Below, one piece after another: positions 27,522 to 44,116 of a stretch of 64,000 nucleotides of DNA (positions within the stretch are counted from its first letter, which is position 1; each line of letters opens with the position of its first letter). Made by a program: the position numbers and the translations under genes. The notes under the pieces were generated by a model, which saw only the letters and a program-made list of their open reading frames with translations, ran no database searches and was not told where the DNA came from. Source of the DNA: Amoebidium appalachense (Eukaryota > Protista > Ichthyosporea); contig CAVNZM010000001.1 of the NCBI GenBank assembly GCA_963693365.1, positions 17,842,783 through 17,906,782 on the forward strand. Direction: 5' to 3'.

Positions 27522-28330
27522 TTTCTTCTTTTAATTACCCAACGGGGTCAACGCTGCTCGGTGCATCTGAACAAGAATGATGTGTGGTTAGTTGTCAGAG
27601 CCCATCACACTGTGTTTTCAGATGCATAAGGCTTGTTCTGTAAACGTAAACACAGTGGCAGAGGGTGAAGAAGTAGTTGATTCGTTAACAACGCCCAACT
27701 ATCACTCATCCCTACTCTGAATATATGAGCATCCACTCACCAACCCAACAAACCCCTCTCACTCATAAGTAGACAACTAGACGACCAACTCAAATGTTTC
27801 ACTGCATCAACATTTCCTTTTGACAAAAAAAGCCATCCAATTCTTGGACCATTTAGACCACTAACTATCAATTGGATAGATTACCAGTGTATTGACAATA
27901 TATGCTCTCCAGGTTAGGTATAAATCACTCGTTCGCGGGTGACAGACACAGCACAACGAGGGCCAAAAAAGTATTCGAAGCTCACGGGTGTGAAGCGTTT
28001 TTTCAAAGTTTAGCTTTTGAGGGCTTAGCCAAACATAGGCGGCGTTAAGAGTGCGGCAAATTCTTCGAAGTACTGTAATGGGTTGGAGGGCCGGCAGTTC
28101 TACATTCCATTTTACTGTTCTCTATTGCTATTAATGGCAGATCCCATGCATGATGCATTGAGTCGCGACTCCGAAAGATCATGAAAGGCTTGAAGCTAAA
28201 AAAGAGGGAACACAACTTCATTATTTACCGCAATTTTACACTGAATGCTATAACCACATGTTGTAAGTACACATATTGAAGAAAGAACCTATTAGGTGGA
28301 CTGTACAGTGTACACTGACTGCTCTTTCTA

Positions 28331-28819
28331 ATGTACATGATAGATCTGACTTCAACACCACCCAATTATGAACACCAATCACAAGCCCCAAATCTAACTA
28401 TTGCATTCCTGATTTATGGAGGTGTTTGCGCAAACGTAAACAAATTTGACCCAGCTGAGGAACAAATCCCTGTAAAAACAAATAACAGATGTTTGGGAGT
28501 TGCAAGTTCGGACTCGGGAGCTCCGAGTAATGTAGTAACATTTATTAATAGACGTAAAACGGGAGTGGGATATTCAGGTTGTATTGAAACTAAGCCGTGT
28601 TTGCCATGCATCGTGGTAAGTTTTCTCTGTTCTTCATCATGGCATTGTGTCGGAGATTTGAACATGTTCCATCGTCAGGGTTGCCATTGGACATCTCATA
28701 CTCAGTTGAAAAGAGGAGCCTATATTTGTCCCACAACTCTCTTCCCACAGCACTTCTATATGCCGACAGTGTGGGTACGTGGCGAAAGGATGTATCCGGC
28801 AGCTATAGCGGACGAGTAA
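28331..28819 (+). CDS. Orphan intronless ORF, 162 aa, Cys-rich, no recognisable family
   Basis: ATG-to-TAA ORF in non-repetitive, AT-rich DNA, divergent from the kinase start. It shows no host-like GC3 bias. Confidence 0.3.
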   Translation: MYMIDLTSTPPNYEHQSQAPNLTIAFLIYGGVCANVNKFDPAEEQIPVKTNNRCLGVASSDSGAPSNVVTFINRRKTGVGYSGCIETKPCLPCIVVSFLCSSSWHCVGDLNMFHRQGCHWTSHTQLKRGAYICPTTLFPQHFYMPTVWVRGERMYPAAIADE

Positions 28820-29298
28820 ACAGTAGTAATTAACGGGGGGAGATTTGCATGCGGCATGGACACCAAGCAAATGAGGATTCTTTCGAAGCGGCACTATACA
28901 CTTTCGAACATGTTTGCAAGTGACACGTCAGAAAAGTGCTTCTGTTTTTCTCCCTCCATGCCGAATTTGTAGGAAAATGCACCGCGATCAGACTTCGGAT
29001 CTTCTCAGTGGCAAACTGGCCAATGATCCCCTTTTTCACCCTCCCCCGGGGCCCCCTCCCCTCTCTCCCCCCGGCTCCTCCAACCCCCTCCCCCCAATCC
29101 CGTCCTCCCCGCGCCCGCGGGGCGCCCCCAGACAAGAGCCCTCCCCCCCTTATTATCCCCCCTCCTCCTCTCTCTCTCCCCCCCCCCCACCACCCCCCAG
29201 GTTACCTACATTCCCAAAACGTTAACATCAAAACTTGCTAATAGGACTCCCGGGATCACCTGAAACTCAAGCCGCTCACCGTATACGGTCGACGTCAT

Positions 29299-29640
<342 letters not shown>

Positions 29641-30801
29641 CCCCCTCCCCTCCCCCCTCCCTCCCTACCTCCCTCCCTTCGCAGGCCTGGGCGGGACTCG
29701 ACTCCATTCTCCCCACCGCGTGCACACACACGCACACTTTCGCAGTTATTTATTCACGTGTACCTGCTCACAAGTGTGCCACACATGCACACGACGTGCA
29801 CAAACCAGCAATACGGTACCCCCAACATGCAGATACCAGATACGCTCACCCACACCACACGCACATACATTCCCCGTCACACCAACATGCACACGAACAC
29901 TGCAGGGTGAGCACACGAGTGCACAACAACCTGGTCCCCAATCAATCAATGAGTCATGGTTTAGTAATAGCGTGACCATACGAACACAGTCCAAATTTGG
30001 TGGGTGGGATTGAGATGTTTGGCCATCACGCGCACGGGGAGAGGGGGGGGGGGGGGGGGGGGGGGGGAAGGAAAGACGTGGAGGGGGGAGGGGGAAGGCC
30101 CACCACCCCACCGGATGATCTCTCCCTCGGGGGAGGGGGGGAGACCCCACCACTGTGGCTACCTTGGGGAGGGGCTGGGCGGGGGAGGGGCCGGGGGGGG
30201 GGGGGGGGCTTGGGGGACCCAACCACAACTGTGGGGAGTGGGGTACCACCAGCTGCAGGGGGGACGTCACATTTACTATCCTCCCCCCGGCCCCCTCCCC
30301 CTCCCCACTCCCCGATGTCAAATTCAAGGATCCAAGAATCCCTAAGCCCCGCCGCAAGTTCTTTCTTCTTCTTGGAGTGACTACCCCTTCCCGTTCTCCG
30401 GCAAAAATACCATTTAAAACCAACCCACAAATACGTGTTGTTTTGGACTGCCACCTGCTCTTATATCATGTACAATAGTGTACCGTGATGCTTGCAATAT
30501 ACTCCGACACACTGTCTTAGTCAAGGTTATGAAAGAAAACTGTGATAATGATAGTCTAATTATCATAGTATGGCATCTTTTGCATGCCCAAAGAACTTAT
30601 CAACACCGTGGCCACACACAAACACCAGTGTAAAATGATCATGTGTCACTATTGCTAAAGGTTGATAAAAACATTATCCAAGCCACATATACGAAACAAA
30701 CAAAGTATGCCAGAACATCGTAATATTCTTGACCTTCAATGTGAATGCCTGCAAGTCATTCATCGGATCTGCTGAAACACACGGCCACGAACCTAGCCAA
30801 T

Positions 30802-30861
<60 letters not shown>

Positions 30862-30862
30862 T

Positions 30863-30932
<70 letters not shown>

Positions 30933-30995
30933 TACACACACACAAAGAGACATTGTGACACACACACACACACACACACTTACACACACACAACA

Positions 30996-31031
<36 letters not shown>

Positions 31032-31529
31032 AGCACACAAGCACACACACACGCGCGCACGCCCGCACGCTCGAACGAACGCACATACGCACACATGTGT
31101 GCGATCACACACTCCCGTATGTGGAAATTTCGTGTACGCAGCCTATAGATGTGACACTGTCGCATGCACCGTAACCATTTGCTCATTTGCTGTTTGTTTT
31201 TAATGTGAAAGCTTACGTACAGAAGCCACACCAACACCAACACAGAACACACTCCCGTGGGCCCCCCGTTCTACGGAGAATATACATCAATCCTCGGATA
31301 GCCTGGTTTCTGTTTTAGTAGCAAATAACAAACCCCCCCCCCCCCCCCCCCCCCCCCAAAAAAAAACACACACACACACACACACACCATGATAGCACCC
31401 AGTCATAGGGTGTGCACGAGCTTGTGTGATATGTGTGGTTGTCTGTGTTAAATGGCCCCACTGCAGGCAGATTTTTTTCTGTGTTGTTGGTTTACATTGC
31501 CAAGTCATTTACATGCAACAACTTTTCAA

Positions 31530-31612
31530 GTGACTGTGGGTGCTGATTGTGTTGTGATGTTGATCGGTCGTTATGTTTTGGGGATCCGGAGACTGGAGGG
31601 GGAGGGGGGTGG

Positions 31613-31646
<34 letters not shown>

Positions 31647-31931
31647 GAGGGGGGGGGGGGGAGAGGGGAGGGGGGGCGGAGGCAGGAGAGGGGGGACGAG
31701 GGGGGGGGGGGGAGAGGGAGGGAGGGAGGCCAGTGTTTGTGCGGGACTCATGTGCATGACTGTGGCCGCCAACTGGTATCACATATCATTACCTGCAGAT
31801 ACTGTCCGCCATTAATCACCCCCCCCCCCCCCCCCCCCCCCCCCCCCGATAAACGTGGTTGTGGTGCATATTCTTGACCTTCTTGGACGGCCGCTGTCAT
31901 ATCCTTAATGACACAGGACTCCCCCCGGGGT

Positions 31932-31962
<31 letters not shown>

Positions 31963-32621
31963 AGGGGGAGGGGGTGGGGGTGGGGGGAGGGGGGGGGGGG
32001 GGGGGGGGGGCATTCGGTTGTGTGTGTGTGTGTGTGTGGTGCAGGGGGGGTGGGGTGCAGGTGGGGTGCAGGTGGGGGCCCCGGGGGGGGGGGGGGGGGG
32101 GAGGGCGGGGGGGAGGGGGGGGGGGGGAGGGGAGGGGGGAGGGGTTGCGTGTGTATCATGATCATGATTTATCGGTCAGCTGCCATTAAGAACATCCCCA
32201 AAAATGGCTGCGGTGCACATTCTTAAAAAAAACCGACTTGGCCGCTAGCGTATTCTTATTGGCGGATATTCTTATGGCGGACGATATCTGTAGTAATTGT
32301 AGTAATGTGACTGTGGGTGCTGATTATGTTGTGATATTGATCGGTCGTTGTGTTTTTGGGATCCGGAGACTGGAGGGGGGGGGGGGGAGGGAGGGGGGGG
32401 GGGGAGAGGGGGAAGGGGGGGGGGGGGGGGGGGGCGCAGGAGAGGGAAGGTGGCGGGCATTGGGGGGGGGGGGGGGGGGGGGAAGGAGGATAACGGTTCA
32501 AACCTACTTGGGAGGAGGAGGAGGGGGGGGGGGGAGGGGGGAGGGGGGAGGGGGGGGGGGAGAAGGCCAGTGTTTGCGCGGGACTCATGTGCATGACTGT
32601 GGCCGCCAACTGGTATCACAT
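31530..32621 (+). repeat. Local direct duplication (31530-31784 and 32307-32621) with variable poly-G interiors
   Basis: Both copies share GTGACTGTGGGTGCTGATT...GATCGGTCGTT...GGGATCCGGAGACTGGAGGGG and GGCCAGTGTTTG.GCGGGACTCATGTGCATGACTGTGGCCGCCAACTGGTATCACAT. Confidence 0.85.
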
Positions 32622-32994
32622 TTATCACTGTTGAGCTATGTATGCCATCTGCATAACTGCGCATGCGCACAAGACGTCAATGAGTGCGTGTTTGCTGCAA
32701 TTGTGCTCGGGCTTTGCACATGTGCGTCGATGTCTGTGCCCGGTGCACGGTGCATATACTGTGTGCAAATCATCATTTGGTGCGTTTTGTGATGATGAGG
32801 GCTGGTTACATGTGCGTTCACACTACTACAGTATGCCCACGTGCATGTATGCTACGGGCAGGATGTGCCTGTTCTACATGCTAGACGGCTGTCGGTGTGT
32901 GCACATAAAAGTAGCTACAGCAGCCACACTGTGTGCATGTTGAAATATAAATCAGGGTGCCACCTGGTACCTGATCGAGAGCTAATATTAGTTA

Positions 32995-34899
<1,905 letters not shown>

Positions 34900-35031
34900 T
34901 GCCAGGCCGATGGCTTTCAAAAGTAATATCTCCACGTGTGCGTGGAGACTTGGATAATTACAGTAGTGGATTTGCGCAGGGTGTGTGTATACGTACGTAC
35001 ATGTGTGTGTGTAAGTACTGTGTGTGTGTGT

Positions 35032-35077
<46 letters not shown>

Positions 35078-35680
35078 GCTTGTCACCTGCTATCGGCGGG
35101 CCCTTTCTTTCCTGCACGGGCGATCTGCCAGGCGCCAGGGTGCCCACAATAAGTTCTAGGGTGGCCAATCAGCGAGCAGAGAGACCGCGGTTAGCCAATC
35201 CGCAGCCAGCGTCGCTAGGGCAAATAAGATAAGTTATCCAATCAGCAGAAGGATAGAGAGCAGTGCAAATGCTTGAAGAGGAACGGAGGAGATCATCTAT
35301 GCAAATAATTCTGTTGTATAGTAACTTGTTTCATGCTTTTCCAAGCTAGGCATGCAAGAAAAAAATAATAATATGCTCATACAATAATCTAATTAGGATC
35401 TCACTGGCGGTTGATACAGATAAACTCTGCTCCGCCGCGATAACCCGGCCGCGGGAGCAGCCCTTATGAGTGGAGCTCACACAAATGACTGTTGAGGGAA
35501 GGATGTGTGCTACTAGTAGAAAGCTTGGAGTTTTGCTCGATTTTTGTTTTATGTTATAAAGCTAATAATGTGTATTCTATAAAAGGCTTTCGTTAGTAAT
35601 TCCATATTTTGTTATTTCTGGTTTTTGTCTGCTGACAGGCTCCCCTTGAAATTTGCCCCTTTCAGTGATTAAAGGTGTCC

Positions 35681-35725
35681 GCCAATCAACGAGAACTAGG
35701 CATTCCATTGCGACCAGTATATAAA
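35681..35725 (+). promoter_or_regulatory. CCAAT box and TATA box upstream of the secreted-protein gene
   Basis: GCCAATCA at 35681 and TATATAAA at 35718-35725, ~105 bp before ATG 35829. Further CCAAT motifs lie at ~35164, ~35195 and ~35238. Confidence 0.55.
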
Positions 35726-35828
35726 CCTCGGTCAGTCCAGATCAAAGCACACACACTCGCAGCTTGTCGGCGTCAACGTTTCCTGACAATCTCTTTTGTT
35801 GTGTTCCTAAAACCCCCAACAATCCAAA

Positions 35829-36296
35829 ATGAAGGTCTTCGCTGTTATCGCTCTCGCCGCCGGCGCCTCCGCCTCCACCGCCGGCACCAAGGTGTCTCTG
35901 TTCACAGCCGCAAACTGCGATGCCAACTCTGCCATCTCCACCGTCAAGCCCGCCCTGACTGGCACTGACTGCTCCGGCCTGTCTGCGCCCATCACGGTTG
36001 CCGAGCTGGGCAAGACCTACACCAGCGTGCGCCTGAGCGCCGATGTGCCCAACGAGGTGCTGCTGTTCGAGAACGACAGCCAGTGCGCCGCCACCCCCGC
36101 CAAGTTCGACTCCGCCCAGCAGGTGGCCTTCCTGCGCGCCGACTCTGCCGGTGCCTGCCTGCCCTGCTACCGCTGCGGCAATGTCAAGTCGCTCAAGTTC
36201 GATGCCGTGGCTGTCGACTCCTCATCCGCCCCCGGCTTCACCCCCGCATCCTTCCTCACCACCCTCTTCTTCGGTGCCGCTGCCCTCCTCCTCTAA
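35829..36296 (+). CDS. Small secreted, probably GPI-anchored Cys-containing surface protein (155 aa, intronless)
   Basis: Signal peptide MKVFAVIALAAGASA; 6 Cys including CLPCYRC; C-terminal SSSA, a spacer and the hydrophobic tail FLTTLFFGAAALLL. Codons are strongly C/G-ending, with AAA-ATG context and an upstream TATA box. Confidence 0.9.
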   Translation: MKVFAVIALAAGASASTAGTKVSLFTAANCDANSAISTVKPALTGTDCSGLSAPITVAELGKTYTSVRLSADVPNEVLLFENDSQCAATPAKFDSAQQVAFLRADSAGACLPCYRCGNVKSLKFDAVAVDSSSAPGFTPASFLTTLFFGAAALLL

Positions 36297-37466
36297 GCAC
36301 CCCACGTCCAGAAAACACAATGCCACATGGTGCAAACGTGCGGCAAGTGTTTCTGTAATTCACACGCCGCGCTAAGCCCTTATAGCTTTGTACAGTGAAT
36401 GATGTGTAAGTAGAAAGGGTTCCCGCAAATTGTGCAGGGTTAAAGGCTCTTGAAGGGTCAATGTGTACAGTGTACACAGCCTTGCGAAATAAAACAGTGG
36501 TGTCACCGCTGTGAGAAACAACCAACTCGTTCTTCTGACAACTCAGTTTTTCCGAACAGATGTTTCCCGTTCACGAGGTCTGTCTGCAAATCTCCGTAGT
36601 CATCATATCCAGACACCATTCATCACTGTTTGTCAACCAAATACAATTTTTGGGTGGTGTATGTCCAAGGCATCTTTTTACCCCGTTCCATCTTGTGGGC
36701 CAAACAAAATCTTCACTTTACTAAAGCTTACTCAAAAATTAAAGGAAAATCACCCACACAACAGATTGGCACTCTTGGTTCAAGGAGGAGAAGTCCAATA
36801 AGTGCAACTGATTCACACCTATTAGGTGCCCTGAGCTTCATACTGGAACCAAAACCACTGTCTTGTGCTTCAGCGCATTTGGTGCTGCAGCGTGGTTTTT
36901 ATTAAATGTGTATGTGTGTTTACCTGTGTTTGTCGGCTGTGCAGGAGTGGCGCGGCCGTGGGTGTTCACGTGTGTGTGGTGTGGGGTGTGTGCATGCGCA
37001 CTCGTGTTTCTGTGTGTGAAAAAGTAGACGCCGGATGTGGGTGGGTGGGTGGCTGGGTGATGGTGGTGGTGGGTGTGTGTGTCGGGGGAAACGGGGAAGG
37101 GAGGGGTAGAGCTTGTGTCAAAGAGCCAGCATATTTCTCGTCCCGTATAACTAATTCGTTGCAAGTTCACAAGAAACCTTAATTAACCACATGACCTAAC
37201 CAAGACTTGGGCAGGTAGAAATTATGACGTTTGACCATAGAGCATAGATGGCTATAGAGTGAGTGGGGGGCGAGGGGGGAGGGGAGGGGGGGGGGGGGGG
37301 GGGGGGGAACATTCAGGAGGGGAGAGGGGGGGAGGGGGGGAGGGGGACATTCAGGAGGGTTTTTCGTTGATAGCCACAGGAATTTAACGACGACTGCAAG
37401 TTTTCATTCAACAAAGAGCTCCGTTGAGAGGAGCTTCACACACACACACACACACACGCGCACGCG

Positions 37467-37597
<131 letters not shown>

Positions 37598-37935
37598 AAC
37601 AAAACACACCACATCCTCATTCATACGGCGCCCACCTGCGTGAGTGCATTGACATGTGTGTGTGTGGGCACACAAAACGGACGCACACTTTCAGGAAGAC
37701 ATAAGGCATGTGCCCCGGCACTTGCGCTCGCGCACACACACAGACGCACTCATGGCACGAGCGGGAACGTTTCGTGACAACAATAAAGTAACACTACACT
37801 AATTTTAGCAGCAATAATTCACCCGGCATAAATTCAAAATCGAAGTTATTGGTCATTCCAACCTCCCCCCCCCCCCTGAGTCCCTCCCCCTCCAATACCC
37901 TCTACAGTTCTCCTTACAGCCACGGTGCACCCCCC

Positions 37936-37972
<37 letters not shown>

Positions 37973-39112
37973 ATAAACTCATGAACCTATACTTGCACAT
38001 GGTGTCTGCTTGTGTCCCATCGAATGCGGAAACAAATCTTCGTCTACCTGGTCTTGTGTGCACACATGTGGTGCCACAGTCCCTTGCCCTGATTCGAACA
38101 GACACATTCTTGAAGTGTATCCATTACACAAACATGTGTCTATGTGTTTAACCAACCGACATCGTCTGAGCATTAACTTAGGCTCTCCCCCCAGGCCACT
38201 TTCCGTCCCCCCCCACCCCCTTAAATCACGTCCCCCCATTACCCCCCGTGCAGAACTAGGTACATCTATACCTCCTGTTACATCCCCAACCCGTCCCCAC
38301 TCCTCCATACCATTCCCCACAATTACCTTGCCCCCTCCTCCTCCAACTCCCCCACCCAACACCCAACCCCTTCCCGAAGGTACTTCCCCGTAGGGTCCCA
38401 TACCACCGCGAGACTCTCTGGCTTTCCCAACGCAAGCTCGCTACAATGCTACCTATTAGAGGTATTATAAGAGGGTGAGGAGATGGAGGTTATCTATGCA
38501 TATGGATACGCATCACGACTACAGGAATAACAGAAAACAAACTTACTAAACCCAGTCAAGGGTGCAACTAGGGACATAGGACGGTGGCTGCGACAAACAC
38601 AGGGGGGGCCCGGGTTGGAATGTGTTACAGAGTTAAAAGTACACATTCACGATTGGCAACACGATGCATAAGTAGCATGCGCAGAACACACACTAAGTGC
38701 ATGAATCATAAAGGGAGCCCATTCCTGGGGGGAGGGGGGGCCTTCGGCCATCACCCAGAAAACATTCGAACCCGTTATGGTTTTCATTATGTTGTATCTA
38801 TGCAGTAGACTGAGCAAACCATGTGATGTTTATTTGCAGGGCTACCCCTGTGTCGACTACCATATGACTTAGTATCTGTGCAGTGGCTTATCCCCCTGCG
38901 TGCACAGCCATCTACAAGAGGAACAAAAATGTACAGCTTTTTTTAAAGCGTCTGAGATAACTGGATATGAAATTTCGAAATCAATCGAAAGGAATGTTGT
39001 AATTTTCAAAATCGCTGCTATATGAGGAACCGAGACATCAAATTTGCATGAACAATTTGGTGTTATATTAAACGAGCATATACTTGCAAGTGTCTGCACG
39101 TGGGAGAGAGGC

Positions 39113-39155
<43 letters not shown>

Positions 39156-39942
39156 CTGTGTCTTGTGTGGGCATACACGTGCGTTTGTGTGTGGGCATGG
39201 GGATGTACGCACAGGAGAGGGGTGTTGTGAAACACCCACACTGAGCAAGGCAGCAACTAAGCAATCTCGGGCCAAAAAAAAACAGACACCGAAGGCTGCC
39301 GTTCAAACAGGAACAGAGAAGGAAAGGAAAAGCATACGACAGGAAGGTACACAAAACCTCTCACTCTACGCATTAAAAACACGTCTCATCGGGTGTTTTG
39401 TAACAGTGATTACTAAGAAATGTAAAAGCATCGGAAACCAATACTCTGCATACACCCACTTAGCGAGGACCAAAGACCGGGGAGCCGCGTAGGTGTGTAT
39501 GTGTGAAAGTGTGCCTGTGTGTGTGCGTGTGTGTGTGCCTGTGTGTGTGCATTGGTGTATCTCTCTGTCGGTGTCGATGTGCATACGTTCCTGTGCTTTA
39601 TACACGCAACTTGAAGCATGTGGATTCCACAAGGGTACCGCGTCATGGGCGGTGTATGTTGTGTGTGTGACGGAGGGGAAGGGGGGAAAGGAAAAGGGGG
39701 AAGAGAGGGGGGCCCAAAAAGCCTGTATCATAAGCACATCCCATCCTCAGGCCCAAATCATCCGCAGTTTCCGAGTTTCGACACGTATGTGTATCGTGGT
39801 GGTGGTGGTGGGGATGGTGGTGGTGGTGTTGGTGGAGGGAGATTCGTAATTACAGGCCAAAAAGAAAAGGGGGGAGGGGGAGTTGGTCGGGGGGAGGGGT
39901 TTGCAAAACTGAAAGAACGAAAAAAAATAGGGGTGTGAGGGA

Positions 39943-41414
39943 TCAGAATGCGAGAGAGAGTAAGGCATCCTCCGGGAATATCTGCAGCTCAGCCGTGACC
40001 CCATCCTTCCAGTCATAAGATACCGTCCCATCCACTACCACCCGCCCATGTGGTGATCGTGACCTCAGCGACAGTTTTTCACATAGCCCCCTCCTCCTGT
40101 GTGCATTCACAAAACATCAGAATGATGGAGAATAACTTCTGGAAATTCACTTTAGATCCCCCAAACCTACCTACGAACCCCCCCCCCCCCCCCCCCCCCC
40201 TCCCCCTTCTTGCCCGCCCGCCCCGCTCAGCCTTGGCACAACTACCACCCATGCAGCTTCGGAGCCCAAATTTACTTTGTGCCTATTGCCGCCGCAGGTA
40301 GGTAGCGGGTTGAATCTAGAGCATTAAGACACCACAGACAACACAAGACAAAACTAAATGATTGGGAAACTGTTAGCCCTACACCTCTTGTGGTTCACGA
40401 CACACAAATGGCTTAGTAAAAGCCATACGGTCGGTTTCCATGCACACACACACACAGGTGTGTGTGGTAGTCGATGTGTCCATGCAATTATTCACGTCCA
40501 AAACAACTCTAGCAAAATAACCCATGAAATAATCAGATATCACCTCACATCACAGGTGGAAGGCGGGCGGAGGGGGAGGGGAAGGGAGGGGGGAGGGGGA
40601 ACCTGGGGGAGGGGGGGGGGGGGGGGGGGGGGTGGGCTCATACCTATCTGCCTTAAAAATGCCGTTTACGATTGGCTCACGAACGGTAAATTGCAAACGG
40701 TGGTCTGTTGGGTCGAAGGTCACGCGGTCGTTAAAGGCATTTGCCAGGCGGGTCAGGTCCATGCCCTCCACGGCACGGCTGAATTCATTGCTCTTGCTGG
40801 GGGGGTTTAAAGGCTTAGTTGGGGGGTTTTTTTTTTGGGGGGGGGGGGGTTCTGAAGGGTTAGATGGGTTGCAGGGTGGGTTGCGGTGGGGGGGGGGGGG
40901 GGGGGGGAGGGGGGGGGGGGGAGGGGTAGGTATGGCCTAGATGGGTAGAGTCAGATGGATTACTGCATGGAGGTTTAATTCTGAGGCGAGTTAAGTGCTT
41001 GGGGAGAGGGGGGAGGGGGGGGGGGGGGGGGGGGGGGGGGCAGATAGATTAGACTAATTAAATGGATTGCTGGGGGTTTTAGGCAGGAACAAAATGGGTT
41101 GCTGCGTGGGTGAAGGAGGATTTGAGCAATTTAGAGCCATCAGTTAACGTTACAACCGCCTTTCCATCACATATGAGCACCCCATGCAGAAAGATCTAGA
41201 TTATTCTGGAATTTTCCGGCACCTACCCTTCTGGGAGCTGTGCCCGTATGTTAGCAAACAGGTGCTCCAGATCGCCCTCGCTCATCTTGTTCATGGCATA
41301 TGTCCATGCCGTAGATCCTGTGCCCGTGCACACAAGCACACCGCTGGACTTCTGCCTCTCACTCTTCTGCACAACCACACAAAACATGTAAGCATCCATA
41401 CACACAATGCAGCA

Positions 41415-41445
<31 letters not shown>

Positions 41446-41695
41446 CCCCACCCCACCCCGCCCTGTCCCTCCCCACCTCTACGAAGGCCGTGGCAAAACC
41501 ATTGGAAGAAGCATCGAAGGAAGAATGACGACAAGGGTTTCTTCAAGTTGGCGACACATGTTCTATATAGCACTACCCCCTCCCCCCCCCTCCCCCCCCC
41601 CCCCCACCCTCTTGCCCTCCAACCCGTGTTACTCCCCTGTCACTCCCTCCTCCCCTCCCCCCTCCCCCTCCCCCCTCCACCAACACATACACTCA

Positions 41696-41740
<45 letters not shown>

Positions 41741-42401
41741 GCCAGTCCGCTTGCCTCCTGGCCCACCACAAGCACACATAATGAAGTATGGACTATAAAA
41801 AGCTGGCCCGGGAATGCATTGGCCTGATGAAAACGGTGCGCTACAGAAGGTAGGTGGTGGTGGTGGTGGTGGTGGGGGGAGGGGGGGGGGGGCGGGGGGG
41901 TATTTTTTTTGAAGAGCGATTCATTTCCAACAATGGCAAGTACAGCCCACACAAGAACAAAAGCTTCACAGCGCACATAACAACTATTGAAAAAACCATT
42001 CACAGAGAGGCCATGGCAGGTAAGCAATGATTGTGTGTGCATGTGTGTGTGTGTCTAGTGGTGGTGGTGGTGGTGCTTTTGGGGGGGGGGGGGGGGGGGG
42101 GGGAGTGGGAAGGAGGGCGAGGGGGGGGGGGGGGGGGAAGAGCAGGGCCAGGGGAGGGTGAGAGGGGGCGGAAGGGGGATGTTTTACGTTTGGGTCTGCA
42201 TCAATTTGCATCTGGTAGTAAACGGCATGGGCAGCATCCCAGTCGCAGAACAGACAGTCGTTGAGGGGAAACCGGGGCAAAACAGTGCGTGACCGTGTCT
42301 TCTCATCGACCATGGTGATGCGGATGCGCTGACGTAGCAGCCACTTGAAGTCCCCCCTAATGTGTGTGTGTGGGGGTAGAGGTGTGTGCATGTGCGTGTG
42401 T

Positions 42402-42432
<31 letters not shown>

Positions 42433-42450
42433 GGGGGGAGAAGGGGTAGG

Positions 42451-42528
<78 letters not shown>

Positions 42529-42754
42529 GGGAGGGGATGATCTATGCATTAGAGCGTTGAATATATTGAGGAGGAGACATCAAAAGAAAAAACACAAGAA
42601 GTCACAAAAATAAATAAACCCGACATCAAACCTTAAAATAGTAATAACAAAAGTACGAACAATATTAATAATCTTGTTCGTACTTTTATCATCAGTACAC
42701 AGAATGGCATGCAGAGAACATTGCCAGGGTCGTGGTGGTGGTGGTGGTGGTGGT

Positions 42755-42788
<34 letters not shown>

Positions 42789-43095
42789 GGAGCATAAGTT
42801 GATGGATGCACGAGTGCTCGGGTGTCTCTCCTGTGCCTTCGGTGCCGGAAAAGTATATATAAGGAAAGGGATGAGAAGAGGAAGAGAAGATGGGATGCAG
42901 ATTGGTACATGTGCATGCATGCGGATTGGTTGCTCTATACATGCCTGGGTGTGTGCATATATCCCGCAATGTGTGTACACGGAGGTGTGTGGAGGAGCAA
43001 GCATGAGAATGCACCAGCAGTGGGCTTTGTTGGTGTGGTTTTGGTGGCGAGTACTTCTGTGGGTAGGTGGTGGTGGTGGTGGTGGTGGTGGTGGT

Positions 43096-43174
<79 letters not shown>

Positions 43175-44049
43175 TGTGTGTGTGCGCGTGCGTGTGCATA
43201 CGTGTGTGGATGGCGCAATGAGTGCATGCACATGACCAATGCTATTTGACCCAGTGCACGTGTGCATGATGCCTGTGTGCCCACCTGTGCAGCCTGTCCA
43301 GGGCCTCGTCGATGGGCACAGGCACGTGGTTGTCGTGCAGGCAGAGGTGTCCGTGTGACCTCTGCGGGTCCGTGTTGATGCCTGATCGGGGATATGCACA
43401 TGTGTTAGCGAACAAGACAGCATTTCCCCAGCATTCCGTTTTATGGCAAAAAAAAAAAAAACTGCCTAAATAGGATATAGCTCCATGTGAGGCAAAGCTA
43501 CTAGAATCAACGTCATATTGAAATCACATCCCGATATCCCGGCTTAGACCTTGACATACAGTGGCCCACGTTTACAGGACCTGAGTCGTATGGCCCACAT
43601 GTATTCCTCGTGTCATGGTACAGTATAAGGTACTCTAACATCCATAAAAACAGCCTATCTAAACTTTCAAAGACCTACACACCCATGCAAGAATCCAGAC
43701 ACAGTTGCACACCTGCGCACCTGTTCCCCCCCCCCCCCCCTCCCTCTCCCCTCCACCCGTCCCCTCCCCTCCCTCCCGGTCGCCCGGGACATCTGGCCCC
43801 CGTGACCCACCCAACTCCACAGCCCCTACCCCCGATCCCCTTCTTCCCCCTTCTCTCCTTCCTCCCTCCCAACCCCCTCCCCCTCCCCCCCGGCCGCTCA
43901 CCCCACACACCGATTTACACATACCTATTAAAGGTATTCTCCGTGTAGTGATTAGTGCTGAAGAGGAAAGGAATGTGCCATCTCCCCCCGCCGAGATGAC
44001 GGCATCTACACCGTCTAGATCACTGGGCTTGTAATCGGTGATGCATACC

Positions 44050-44116
<67 letters not shown>

